Part shown: positions 20,404-30,367 of the stretch, piece by piece | Position numbering within the stretch: position 1 is the first letter of the stretch | Layout: the number at the start of each line of letters is the position of its first letter | Assembly (NCBI GenBank): GCA_963826715.1 | Contig: CAWGYA010000002.1 | Coordinates: forward strand, 352,001-416,000 | Length of the DNA stretch: 64,000 nucleotides | Reading direction: 5' to 3' | Source: Candidatus Bathyarchaeota archaeon | GTDB taxonomy: Archaea; Thermoproteota; Bathyarchaeia; Bathyarchaeales; Bathycorpusculaceae | Notes under the pieces: generated by a model | Told to the model about the DNA's origin: nothing | Database searches by the model: none | The model's input: only the letters and a program-made list of their open reading frames with translations | Made by a program: the position numbers and the translations under genes

Positions 20404-20973
20404 ATGAAGAAGAAAAGCCTAATTCCCCAAAGCATAAGCACAATACGATTAGCAACCTTGCCGCTTATCCTCTACTTCTTTATCACCGGAGCTCAAGTTT
20501 GGTGCCTATTGGTTTTCGGAATAGCAATTGTCACCGATTTAATAGATGGTTATATCGCCAGAAAACTCAATGCCGCCACAAAGTGGGGCGCCTACTTTGA
20601 CGCAACCATTGACTTCACATTCATAATTGGCATCTTCATCGCTTTCATAATAAAGGGTTACTATCCGGCATGGATTATGCTACTGATTGTCCTCTCGTTT
20701 GGACAATTTATTATCTCCAGCCGGTACTCCAAAAAAATTTATGACCCTCTGGGAAAGTACATTGGCAGCGTACTCTATATCGCCATTGCTTTAACATTAA
20801 TCTCACCCATAAATGTCATCTTCACACTGGTAAAAGTGGCTTTTCCAGTTTTTATCGCTGCATCATTTGCCTCGCGTATGACACCCTCCACCATTAATTA
20901 CAGAAAAAATATCTTGGCACACAAAAATAAATTAGACATCCTCAAACGTGCAAAATTTAGGCCAAGGTCGTAG
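20404..20973 (+). CDS. CDP-alcohol phosphatidyltransferase
   Basis: TDLIDGYIARK...TKWGAYFDATID signature. Confidence 0.92.
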   Translation: MKKKSLIPQSISTIRLATLPLILYFFITGAQVWCLLVFGIAIVTDLIDGYIARKLNAATKWGAYFDATIDFTFIIGIFIAFIIKGYYPAWIMLLIVLSFGQFIISSRYSKKIYDPLGKYIGSVLYIAIALTLISPINVIFTLVKVAFPVFIAASFASRMTPSTINYRKNILAHKNKLDILKRAKFRPRS

Positions 20974-20979
20974 AGCAAA

Positions 20980-21972
20980 ATGCTGCAGACAAACAGTTTA
21001 CCCTCTAAAATTCGTGTGTCGATTGGCACCGCCATTACTCTTGGACTAACCCAGGGGAAAATTGATGTGGCTCCTACCACCGCCTACCTCATGACTTACC
21101 GCGAGGGCAAGTGCACATCAAAATGCGACTTCTGTCCTCAAGCAAACACAAGTAAAAGTAGCAGCCAATTACTCTCTAGGGTCACATGGCCAACCTACCC
21201 AATGATTGATGTACTTTCGGCACTCCCCGTAGCTGTGAAGCAGCAGAAAATCCATCGTGTTTGCATTCAAGCACTAAACTACCCGCAGGTCTTCAACAAT
21301 CTAAATGCAATGGTAAGAAAAATTAAAGCATCGACAACAGTAGCGGTTTCGGTTTCATGCCAATCTAGAAATAGAATTGAAATTGAGCAGTTGAAGGACG
21401 CCGGAGTTGACAGGGTGGGGATCGCTCTTGATGGAGCAACTGAGGAAATATTTGAAAGAGTAAAGGGGAGCTGCAATAACTGGAATATGGTTTTTGGGAT
21501 GCTCAGGGAAGCTTTGACAATTTTGGGCAAGGGCAATGTTAGCACCCATTTGATTATAGGATTAGGTGAATCAGAATGGGAAGCTATAGAAACTATTCAG
21601 AAATGTGCTGATTTGGGTGTTTTGCCAGCACTTTTTGCGTTTACACCGATAAGGGGAACTGTTTTAGAGAAAAACGCACCGCCTAAGCTGGAGTCGTATA
21701 GACGCTTGCAGCTTGCTAGATTCCTAATAGTCACTGGCAAGACTAAAGCGCAAAACATGAGTTTTAGTGCTGATGGAAAAATCATTTGTTTCGGGTTAAG
21801 CAACGAAGCTTTAGAGCGCATAATATTCAGCGGAGAACCATTTCGCACTTCAGGTTGCCCAGAATGCAACCGTCCCTTCTACAATGAGAAGCCAAGCGGA
21901 CCAATCTACAATTTCCCAGTTAAACCAACAACAGAAGAGATAATGAAAATAAAAAAAGAACTAAGTAATTAG
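20980..21972 (+). CDS. lipS2: radical SAM protein, LipS2-type lipoyl synthase component
   Basis: TTAYLM, CTSKCDFCPQ, TSGCPECNRP motif. Confidence 0.78.
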   Translation: MLQTNSLPSKIRVSIGTAITLGLTQGKIDVAPTTAYLMTYREGKCTSKCDFCPQANTSKSSSQLLSRVTWPTYPMIDVLSALPVAVKQQKIHRVCIQALNYPQVFNNLNAMVRKIKASTTVAVSVSCQSRNRIEIEQLKDAGVDRVGIALDGATEEIFERVKGSCNNWNMVFGMLREALTILGKGNVSTHLIIGLGESEWEAIETIQKCADLGVLPALFAFTPIRGTVLEKNAPPKLESYRRLQLARFLIVTGKTKAQNMSFSADGKIICFGLSNEALERIIFSGEPFRTSGCPECNRPFYNEKPSGPIYNFPVKPTTEEIMKIKKELSN

Positions 21973-23304
21973 CTCATCTGCATTCGCAGATTTCTTTGAG
22001 GGCTTAGAAAGCTTTGGTCGCTGTCGTGTGACTTGCTCAACTAACCGCCAGAACTCATCCATCGTGTAGCCTTTCAACAGTTCCTTCATAAGCTTCTTGA
22101 CTTGATAATAAGTCATCTGAGCTTCACCTTTGTCGAGGCTCTCCTGTGGACCTTTAATGCGACGGAAAAGTTCATCCATTTGCCGAGGAGATGCACGAAT
22201 ACCAGCATTTTCCAGAAGTTTCTGGATAAGGGTTTGCCCAGTGTTTCTCCCTATGAAAATCATGGTTTCTCTTCCGACGATTTCCGGTGGAAACGGCTCA
22301 AATACCAACGGCTGCGACATCATTTCCTCGACTTCTTCTTCGACTTCATGAGTGAATATGTTTTCACCAATTATGGGTTTATGGAATTGGATGGGCATAG
22401 CAAACGCTTTTTCAGCGGATTGAGCGATACGATAGATTTTGCCCATATCGATACCTGTGTCTATGTTGTAGAGGAGTTCTGCCGCAGTCACGACTTCCTC
22501 AAAGGGCGCTATTCCTGCGCGTTCCCCAAACCCAGCGATACAGGTATGAAGGTAGGATACACCTTCCTCCATGGCGGCTAAGGTGTTGGCGGAAGCTAAC
22601 CCAAAGTCGTTATGACAATGAATGGCTAACGGGGCATTCTTTTTTACAACCTCAGATAAACCATCCCGGACATGAGAAATCAAGTAACGCATTGAGAGTG
22701 GGCGTATGAAACCGACGCTGTCAGCAATAGCTAGTCGGCAGGCACCTACTTTTGCAGCTTCTTCAAAAACTTGAATAATATCCTCCAGAGGGGTGCGGGT
22801 TCCATCCTTCAAAGTGAAGTTTACAGTTGCACCGTGCTTTTTGGCGTATTCGATACCTTCAATTATTCGTTGAAGCGCTTGGTCTTTCGTGATTTTTAGT
22901 TTGGACTGTAAGTTTAATCCATTAATGGGAGATTCAATTGTTATCTCTTTTATGCCGCATTCCAAACAAGCATTAACACTGTTTTTAGTGGGTTCAGCGG
23001 AGGCAGTAAGTTTGGCTTGAGTAAAGCTTTCATTGACTATGCGTTTAACTGTGCGTTTTTCGTCTTCGGAGATTGCAGGAAAACCCATGTTTATGACGGA
23101 AACGCCTGCTTCATCCATAAGTTTGGCAAGACGAACCTGCTCCACGTATGTTAAGTAAACCGTGGGTGCCTTGAGACCTTCCCGGAACGTTTCATCCCAG
23201 ATGAAAACTCGATCTGGAAGTTTAGGTGGGAGATTCTTGCGTAATCGGTTATAATTTGCAATTAGCCCCTGTGCTTCAAGTTTTTTGAATATTGTCTTCC
23301 TCAT
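21961..23304 (-). CDS. LeuA/CimA/AksA (DRE-TIM) family protein with degenerate active site
   Basis: HCHNDFGLA.ANTLAA, GFGERAG, KPIIGEN.F.HE; catalytic motifs altered. Confidence 0.85.
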   Translation of the reverse strand: MRKTIFKKLEAQGLIANYNRLRKNLPPKLPDRVFIWDETFREGLKAPTVYLTYVEQVRLAKLMDEAGVSVINMGFPAISEDEKRTVKRIVNESFTQAKLTASAEPTKNSVNACLECGIKEITIESPINGLNLQSKLKITKDQALQRIIEGIEYAKKHGATVNFTLKDGTRTPLEDIIQVFEEAAKVGACRLAIADSVGFIRPLSMRYLISHVRDGLSEVVKKNAPLAIHCHNDFGLASANTLAAMEEGVSYLHTCIAGFGERAGIAPFEEVVTAAELLYNIDTGIDMGKIYRIAQSAEKAFAMPIQFHKPIIGENIFTHEVEEEVEEMMSQPLVFEPFPPEIVGRETMIFIGRNTGQTLIQKLLENAGIRASPRQMDELFRRIKGPQESLDKGEAQMTYYQVKKLMKELLKGYTMDEFWRLVEQVTRQRPKLSKPSKKSANADELIT

Positions 23305-23491
23305 TTAGACACAGTCCAACAATACGAGCAAATTAGTCATGTCTAATTTGCTACAACCTATATAAAACTGCATCTATCAAAGGCACGCGCACATTCTAAT
23401 TCTTGAAAACTTTGAATGAACTCAGCTATGAATCAACAATACATAAATCTTAAGTGCAAAAACAACCAATTTACTAAATACAAGGGAACTA

Positions 23492-23701
23492 TTGATGAGC
23501 AGCCTAAAGAGCACCATAGATAAAATCAAGAGTTTAGAAGCAGAAAAAAAGAGCCTTCTTTTAGAGATTGAAGCACTAAAAAAGATGGCTGATACAAAAG
23601 CAAACACACTCGAAAACGAAGTTGGTGCTCTGAGGGATGAAGTTAAATCGATTAAAACAATAATCGGGTCCGAGCCCACCATTGACAAAATCCAAATCTA
23701 A
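23492..23701 (+). CDS. small coiled-coil protein
   Basis: 69-aa heptad-rich ORF. Confidence 0.65.
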   Translation: MMSSLKSTIDKIKSLEAEKKSLLLEIEALKKMADTKANTLENEVGALRDEVKSIKTIIGSEPTIDKIQI

Positions 23702-23917
23702 CAATTTTTTGTTCAAAGGAAAGAAGAGGACATTATTTGCTTTAAAGGTCTAATAACTAGTAATCAAGTCAAAGGGCTTAATTAACAATGGATAGACCCG
23801 TCATTAACTGGTAATCTTTAGTAGTTAACGATCAATGTTGCTTTAAACTGATATTTGAATCAGTAAATGTTAAAGCACAAACGGAAAAATAGAAGCGGTT
23901 AATTGAAACGGCACCAA

Positions 23918-24763
23918 TTAATTAGAATGAGGAATTCGTTGAAATAGATCATTGATAGCTTTTGTGAGTGCATTACAAGCGATTTGCCTTGCCTCCACGG
24001 AGGTATCTGTTTCAAGTTTCTCGAGTTCCTTATTCAAGCGATTTGAGATTTCGAACAAGTCCTGTTTACGTTTTTCGTAATTGTCATGCAATTTATCTTG
24101 TTCCATAGCAAAGTTCTGAAGAATAACTTCGAGCTCGTTTTTGGCAGTTTCTAAATCGTGTGTGGTTTTGTACAATTTTTCTGCCGCTAAGCGTTTCTCT
24201 TTAAACTTGAAGAATCCTAGTTTAAGATCTTGTTGCTGTGTCAAGTCGTCTTCAAGCTGGTGTACATTGTTACTAAGGCGTTGTATGTCACTGTTGCGCC
24301 TTTTGCTTAATTCACGGGTTTGCTCAGCGTATTCTTTGTCTGCTTCAACGATTTTATGGTTATTATCTGATAAAGCTTTAGCTTCATCAGTTAAATAGGA
24401 TTCCACAAGCCGTTTTTCAGCAAGAGAAGCTTCAACATCGACAAAGATCTGCGCCCGGGTCTTCTCGAATAAATCGTCAACTTTTATCGCTGGATTAATT
24501 TCAAATTCAGAAACAATTTGGCGAAGATTAACCACCCAATCATCATAGTAATGACTAAATGGAGAGAGCGCAAAGATTTGACCACCCAATCTAGTAATGC
24601 CCCCAAGAGCACGCGCTGCAACTTCTGCAGAGGAAGCCTGTGGTGTTTCCACCTGAAGATACTTTGCACCTTGACGCGACTTCTTAGCTTTAGTTTTTTT
24701 TTCACGGGTGCTTTTAGCAAAATTTTTGCTAGCGCCTTTACGGCCTTGTGTTCTAGAACTCAT
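23918..24763 (-). CDS. coiled-coil hypothetical protein with basic N-terminus
   Basis: 281-aa ORF, long heptad pattern. Confidence 0.75.
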   Translation of the reverse strand: MSSRTQGRKGASKNFAKSTREKKTKAKKSRQGAKYLQVETPQASSAEVAARALGGITRLGGQIFALSPFSHYYDDWVVNLRQIVSEFEINPAIKVDDLFEKTRAQIFVDVEASLAEKRLVESYLTDEAKALSDNNHKIVEADKEYAEQTRELSKRRNSDIQRLSNNVHQLEDDLTQQQDLKLGFFKFKEKRLAAEKLYKTTHDLETAKNELEVILQNFAMEQDKLHDNYEKRKQDLFEISNRLNKELEKLETDTSVEARQIACNALTKAINDLFQRIPHSN

Positions 24764-24837
24764 AATAAAACCAGTGGGTTAAGGAAATATTTAAAGAATA
24801 GCACTCACTGCGATGTCTTTGTTACAAGGCAGAAGGC

Positions 24838-25821
24838 TTATTTCCTTTTGGCTTTTGATTTGCGGCTCAGACTCTTTGAAGAGGACTGGGTCTCGCCAGT
24901 TTGTTTGGGTCTTTGGCGACGTGTTAGCAGCAACAAAGCAGCCACCACAATAACAATAACAACAACGATGCCTATGGCCAAAGTTAAGTTTTGTTCAGAA
25001 CCTGTCGCTCCGCTTCCATTGCCGTTGTCAGAGCCTGAAATTGGACTGGGTGTTTCGATAACAACAGGTCCTGGAGCAGGTGTAGCAACTGGAACAGGCG
25101 CAGAGCCTTCGAGCAGTGGACCGCTAACTTGGAGAAGAACGTTGTAGTTAGCTATTTTTTTTTCGGATGGCGCATCCGTTTGGTTGAGGTCAAATGCTCC
25201 TGCTCTGAGAAACACTGTATCGCCTGGGGCTATATCAGTTTGGTTTGAGTAACCGACTGCCACCACCTGCCCGGTGGAGTTATAGAAGGCGACTGACATG
25301 ATTGTTCCTGAAGCTAAATGACTGCCTGTGTTTTTAATTTGGCAGTCAACAAAGTATTCCCCAACAGTGGTTTGAGTAGGGTGTTGACTGGTAATAGCTA
25401 AATCTGGATACTGGTACTCAGCGGTTGCAGGGGCCTCGCTGATTTCGAGGCTAATGTCAGATATTGTTAAACCATAAAATGTTCCTTCAGTGTTACTTTG
25501 AGAATGGAATTCCAGATAAAAAGGAGCTTTCTGGTTGGGTGTTAATTGGAACCCCCAAGCGTTGACGCCTGAGTTAACCTGAACGTCATCAGTAGTGGTC
25601 AGAGTTCCCGTGACCAAGACGTGGTCAATTATATTGGGTCCAATATTTTGGATTTCCCCTACTACAACCAGATAACCAAGTGAGTCAATGTAGTAACTGT
25701 AACTGACGATTTTCACTGTGCTAACTTGGCTGGTTCCATTTGGAACCAGAGTTAAACTTAGGGAGATAGCTACAAGAAAAACAATTAGACACACATATAA
25801 TTTCTTCATTACCGTATGCAC
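24838..25821 (-). CDS. secreted FxLYD-like beta-sandwich protein with TM anchor
   Basis: signal peptide, VVGEIQN.G, IKNTG...VAFYNSTGQVV, Pro/Ser linker, C-terminal TM followed by a basic tail. Confidence 0.8.
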   Translation of the reverse strand: MHTVMKKLYVCLIVFLVAISLSLTLVPNGTSQVSTVKIVSYSYYIDSLGYLVVVGEIQNIGPNIIDHVLVTGTLTTTDDVQVNSGVNAWGFQLTPNQKAPFYLEFHSQSNTEGTFYGLTISDISLEISEAPATAEYQYPDLAITSQHPTQTTVGEYFVDCQIKNTGSHLASGTIMSVAFYNSTGQVVAVGYSNQTDIAPGDTVFLRAGAFDLNQTDAPSEKKIANYNVLLQVSGPLLEGSAPVPVATPAPGPVVIETPSPISGSDNGNGSGATGSEQNLTLAIGIVVVIVIVVAALLLLTRRQRPKQTGETQSSSKSLSRKSKAKRK

Positions 25822-25960
25822 CTTTGCGTTTGTTTTGACTCATCAATGCCACGTGTGGTATAAAATGGTTTTTCCAAATTAGTATTTCCTGTGTTATCAG
25901 TTGCCAATGGTAAAATGTACGAAATTTTTAAATGCAAATTTGCTCCTTATGCAAGTAAAT

Positions 25961-26449
25961 ATGGTGCAAGCGATGGAAAAGTTACGTCCATATGTAGTTT
26001 TTCTTCCTATGGAAAAAAAAGACAAAATCTTATCTGCTATTTTCGGCTCCAAAGCAGGTGTTGACATCCTTCGCTTCTCTCTAAAGCAGGGCATAGCCAA
26101 AAACATCTACCAAAAAGATTTAGTGAACAAACTAAACTACTCCAACAAAACTATTATCGCAAACCTCAAATCGCTTACAACTCTGGGCGTCTTAAATGAA
26201 AGTATGGAGAAAAACGATAAGGAAGGACGCATAATCTGGATCAAAGTCTACCAGCTCACTAACCTTGGACGTTGGTTTGCTTTGCTCTTGGCAGAGGAGC
26301 ATGAAATCAGCGAGCATGAAAAAAGTGAGATTCTGCAGAGTCTTTTTCGAACCTATGTTAAACAGGTAAAGCGGCTAGCGGAGGAAATTGGCATAAACAA
26401 GAAAATGCTCGAGGAAACTTTCCGTGAAGAAATGAAAAGCGTTTCGTAG
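25961..26449 (+). CDS. winged-helix DNA-binding protein
   Basis: YQKDLV.KLNYSNKTII.NLK.L...GVL ... YQLT.LG; start uncertain (25901-25973). Confidence 0.8.
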   Translation: MVQAMEKLRPYVVFLPMEKKDKILSAIFGSKAGVDILRFSLKQGIAKNIYQKDLVNKLNYSNKTIIANLKSLTTLGVLNESMEKNDKEGRIIWIKVYQLTNLGRWFALLLAEEHEISEHEKSEILQSLFRTYVKQVKRLAEEIGINKKMLEETFREEMKSVS

Positions 26450-26803
26450 GTTAAGTATTTGTTAGTTACTCGTCACTACTTACAAAGTACTTATTGATAT
26501 CATTATCAACTTGCTCGATAGTGTATTGAGTCCAAAAGTTATCTTCTGTTGAAAATCACTTTATTCCTAAACCAGGTGTATTTTGAGTGTTATATGCTGA
26601 ACAGTTTTGTCTATCTTTGTTGCGCAAAACGAAAAAGAGGCATGTTTAATTTATTTCAAAAACTGTCATGCTTTTTTGAGCGCTAAATTTTTGGGTTGTG
26701 GGGTTTGGAGATAGTTTGAGGGGGAGAAGGGAGAGCGTACAAAAATTATTGTTCTCCAAACCTTTCCACCCAACCCGTTTTTCGGTTTCTTTTTTGCCCT
26801 CCA

Positions 26804-27994
26804 TTAAAGTGCCTTGAACGCTTCGAACCAGCGATTATACATCGACAGCATATCAAGTGAAACACTGGGTTTGCGTTCCTCAAGTATCTGGCGAAAATCA
26901 GCCATTGTCAAAGGACGGGGCTTAGCTTCTTTATCCATTGCTTTACCTGACTCGAAGAATTCACCTATGAGCTTAAGTTGTGCTGATTGACAAACGTCCC
27001 GTATGTCGCTACCGGAAAAGCCCTCGGCTAGCCGCGCAAGTTCATGCAGATCTACGTCTCGAGCAATCTGCAAAGTGCTCGAATATAGCTTTAGCATACT
27101 AAGACGAGTGGAATGGTCTGCCAGCGGAACCAAGATACGTTTCTGGAATCTTCGAATAAACGCCCAATCCAAATCCCATGGCTTATTAGTTGCGCCAATC
27201 ACGTACACGTGCAATGCTTTGCCTTTATCCATTATGCCATCCATTTCTTTAAGGAACTGGTTGCGAACACGGATTTCGCCACCAACCTCGTTGGTATGTG
27301 CTCCCATAAGCGAATCCAATTCGTCAACGAATACTATGGCAGGTTTGCCTTCGTTGCTACTTTTGCGTGCAGAACCAAAAAGTTTCGCTACATTCTGTTC
27401 AGCTTCTCCTAGCCACTTTGACATAATCGATGCTGCATCAATTGAGTAAAAATTCGCCTCGATTTCAGTTGCTACTGCCGCCGCTAGCAAAGTTTTACCA
27501 CACCCCGGCGGGCCAAAAAGCAGAATGCCTCGTGGCCACCCAAGCGGGAATAGGTCGGGGCGTTGAACGGGATAAACTATAGCTTCTTTGACCGCTTTTT
27601 TGGCGGTGTCTAAACCCACAACTTCATCCCAGTTAACTTTAGGTTTCTCTGTCATTACAAGTTCTTCATTGTTTGGTTTTCCTACTGCGTTGGTTCCGTT
27701 TCCATCCATCGTTGCTGCTCCCCCGTTATCGCTATCTTCATTACTTGCTTGATTCATCTCCATTGGCGAAACGGCTCCCTGAAGCGCTTTTATGCGTTCT
27801 TGGTATGCGATTGCCCGTTGAACGTAAACTTTATTCAAGCCGTACTCTGGGTAAAGCTGCACAAGCTGCAGAAGACTCTCGATGGCTTTCTGGTAGAGAG
27901 TTATAGCTCTACCTTTTTGTCCCTGCTTATCTAACCGCACAGCATCTAAAGCGTAAGCTGTTGCTGCTTTTTCTAATTCATTTGACGCGCTCAT
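26804..27994 (-). CDS. cdvC: Vps4/CdvC AAA ATPase with MIT domain
   Basis: N-terminal MIT (A..YA..AV.LD..G), GPPGCGKT, SKWLGE, DELD, ATNKPW.LD.A..RRF. Confidence 0.93.
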   Translation of the reverse strand: MSASNELEKAATAYALDAVRLDKQGQKGRAITLYQKAIESLLQLVQLYPEYGLNKVYVQRAIAYQERIKALQGAVSPMEMNQASNEDSDNGGAATMDGNGTNAVGKPNNEELVMTEKPKVNWDEVVGLDTAKKAVKEAIVYPVQRPDLFPLGWPRGILLFGPPGCGKTLLAAAVATEIEANFYSIDAASIMSKWLGEAEQNVAKLFGSARKSSNEGKPAIVFVDELDSLMGAHTNEVGGEIRVRNQFLKEMDGIMDKGKALHVYVIGATNKPWDLDWAFIRRFQKRILVPLADHSTRLSMLKLYSSTLQIARDVDLHELARLAEGFSGSDIRDVCQSAQLKLIGEFFESGKAMDKEAKPRPLTMADFRQILEERKPSVSLDMLSMYNRWFEAFKAL

Positions 27995-28015
27995 GTGATT
28001 TTCTCTCCTTCTCTC

Positions 28016-28951
28016 TTATTCAGGTGAACGTAACTCGATTTTGATTTTGCCCTTTGTTCCTAAACTTTCTAGGGCACGCTCAATTTCTTCATTGGAAGTC
28101 TGCAATTCATTAGAGCATCTACTTAAATCGATTTCCCCGTTGGTTTTGCGCACATATTCTAAAAGCAGAACTTCTAATGCAGGCTTCTCAACTTTAAGTG
28201 AGAACTCTTTAATTTCAGATTTCTTGTAGGTGAACAAAGCTTTTTCTGGGTCAAAGCCAGATTCCTCCACGGTTTTCTTGCCGAATACCTGCGATGAACT
28301 TGCCGTTAACGCTACCATTTCACGGATCGGTGTAGGAACTTTTTCTTTAGCTGGTGAAGATATTGAAGACAAAGGTGGTTCTGGTAATTCTTCAGCTATT
28401 TTTTGCTCCATGAAGCAGGAGACTTCCTTAAGGATTTCTTCGCCCGCTTCAGTTTTCTTTCCTACTGGAACCAAATTTTCGTCAGCTGTCAATTTGGTTG
28501 CGTGAAGGGTTTCCTGTATTGTTGAGTTAACATTGTTAAGTTCAGTGCTAACATCAGGTAGCACCTGGAAAAGTTCTTGGGATACACCTTGGAGTAGTCG
28601 CAACGCGGGTTTGAGATCGGCAACTATGTCGCCGAGTTCTTTGATAGTTTCAAGGCGCATAACAACCCTTTCAATTGCTAATTGGACATTGTAAAGGAAT
28701 TTTACAAGTTTGCGGACTTCCGCAATTTCGGTGGCACACATGGCGGCTTTTTCTTTGTTGTTTTTTTTGAGTGCGCTCATGCAAGTTTCAAAAAGAATAC
28801 GGTCTCGCTCTTTTAGGCGATAGTTTGCTTGCTCCAGCTTGTTTTGCTGGGTTTTTAGTGTATAAATCGATTTAGTGGCAACTTCACGTATAGGGGGAGG
28901 GGTTTGGTTGGTGAAGCTTTTCGTGTCTTGTCCCTCCGCCCATTCGTTTAT
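28016..28951 (-). CDS. cdvB: ESCRT-III protein CdvB with MIM2 and C-terminal winged helix; non-canonical start
   Basis: A.EIAEVRK, LA.ERV..RLET..ELGD, ELPEPP, wH tail; frame is open 60 codons upstream of ATG 28780 to the cdvA stop with no ATG/GTG/TTG; ATA at 28951 assumed. Confidence 0.85.
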   Translation of the reverse strand: MNEWAEGQDTKSFTNQTPPPIREVATKSIYTLKTQQNKLEQANYRLKERDRILFETCMSALKKNNKEKAAMCATEIAEVRKLVKFLYNVQLAIERVVMRLETIKELGDIVADLKPALRLLQGVSQELFQVLPDVSTELNNVNSTIQETLHATKLTADENLVPVGKKTEAGEEILKEVSCFMEQKIAEELPEPPLSSISSPAKEKVPTPIREMVALTASSSQVFGKKTVEESGFDPEKALFTYKKSEIKEFSLKVEKPALEVLLLEYVRKTNGEIDLSRCSNELQTSNEEIERALESLGTKGKIKIELRSPE

Positions 28952-28960
28952 TTTTAGATC

Positions 28961-29686
28961 CTAAATGCTTGTTTTTCCGATTTCTTTAACGTAGACGACA
29001 ACTGGGGGTTCAGGTAGTTTTGTGGCCGTGTTACTGACTTGTTCCGCATAGACCTTGTTTGCAATTGGTTTGGGTGCCATTTGGGATTGCTCGCCCAAAA
29101 GCACACTTGAAAGCCTACTTTTTGTCAGTTCAAAATCAGTTTTTTCTGAGGTTGCGCGTCGAAGTGTTTCTTGGAGTAAACCAAAGGCTACTTTGTAGTT
29201 TTCTTCGTCAACTTTGCCGATCTCATGCTCAATTTCTAAGTTAGCAATCGCGTAACTTAGTGAGGTGATTTCTTCTTCACATCTTTCGATTTCTATTGCG
29301 GATTCGTCAATGATAACTTGGGCTTCTTTTTTGAGTTGGGAAAGGACGCTTTCGAAGCTGCTGTGAAGATCCTGGTAGATTTCAGGGGTGATTTTCTTTT
29401 TGTCTACTAGGTCCTTTAGGGCTTCATCTTTGCGCCAGATTAGGGGAATATGATCACAAAGTACACCTGCTTGTGATTTGATTTTTGATATAAATGTAAT
29501 TTCAGCGCCACCAAAACATAAGCTTTCCATGGGCTGTTTTGAGAATTGACCGTCGCCAAATTCAATGTATACTGCGTCGAATTTGCCGTTTGGTGAGAGT
29601 GCGAAGGAAGCAACTTTACCGATTATACGTCCGTATTCGTTCTTAATGGGTTTACCGATAGAAAGAAAAAGATTGGAGTTAGACAT
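28961..29686 (-). CDS. cdvA: CdvA-like cell division protein
   Basis: IGKPIKNEYGRIIGKV PRC-barrel start, coiled coil, position inside the ESCRT-III/Vps4 operon. Confidence 0.85.
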   Translation of the reverse strand: MSNSNLFLSIGKPIKNEYGRIIGKVASFALSPNGKFDAVYIEFGDGQFSKQPMESLCFGGAEITFISKIKSQAGVLCDHIPLIWRKDEALKDLVDKKKITPEIYQDLHSSFESVLSQLKKEAQVIIDESAIEIERCEEEITSLSYAIANLEIEHEIGKVDEENYKVAFGLLQETLRRATSEKTDFELTKSRLSSVLLGEQSQMAPKPIANKVYAEQVSNTATKLPEPPVVVYVKEIGKTSI

Positions 29687-29707
29687 TTTTGTTTTTTCCT
29701 CCTTATC

Positions 29708-30367
29708 TTAGAACGTTGTTTTCTCTGCCTGTGAAGCTGGGGTTGATGGCATTCCTGCGGGTAGATCTGGGAACTTGTCTTTTATCTTCTGCTCTGCAAC
29801 TGTTGCTGCTTCGGTGAGTATCTTTGATGCATCTTCGTTAACAGTGTCGAAGTTTAGTGTCATACCGCTGCCTTGGCCTGCTTCAATCATGATTCCGCTG
29901 AGCATGTTACCTATTTCGCCAAGTTCATTTTCGGCTTCTGGGAATACACTTACTAAACCTGCTCTGACCGAACGTAGCACACCGACGGCTGGGCCGAGTG
30001 TTGAGACTACGTCACCTAATTCTGAGACTGTTCGTAATCTTAATGTGATCTGTTCTAAGGCTAGTTTAGCATTCATGATTAATTTTGACATTTTTCTAAC
30101 TTCAGCTAGTTCGTTGGCGAAAACATTGGCACGTGCACTATCATGTTTTGTATATGCGTCGACAATGCGGGCGAAGATCGCTTTGTCTCGTTGGCTGAAT
30201 CTTTCGTTTGCTTGATCTAATTTTTGAACTTGGAGTTCGATACGTCTGACGGCGAAGTCAAGGCGTGGTTTAAGTGGACCCGGTGGCTTTACTGCATCTT
30301 TAATACGGTCCCCGAATGCTTGTTCATCACGTTTTGCTTCCCACTTTTTAGCGAATCTTTCTGACAA
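29708..30367 (-). CDS. ESCRT-III (Snf7 family) CdvB1/B2 paralog
   Basis: ANELAEVRK, LALEQI.LRL.TV.ELGD, EA.KIL.EA..VAE, FPDLP; TTG start with GAGG SD. Confidence 0.9.
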   Translation of the reverse strand: MSERFAKKWEAKRDEQAFGDRIKDAVKPPGPLKPRLDFAVRRIELQVQKLDQANERFSQRDKAIFARIVDAYTKHDSARANVFANELAEVRKMSKLIMNAKLALEQITLRLRTVSELGDVVSTLGPAVGVLRSVRAGLVSVFPEAENELGEIGNMLSGIMIEAGQGSGMTLNFDTVNEDASKILTEAATVAEQKIKDKFPDLPAGMPSTPASQAEKTTF

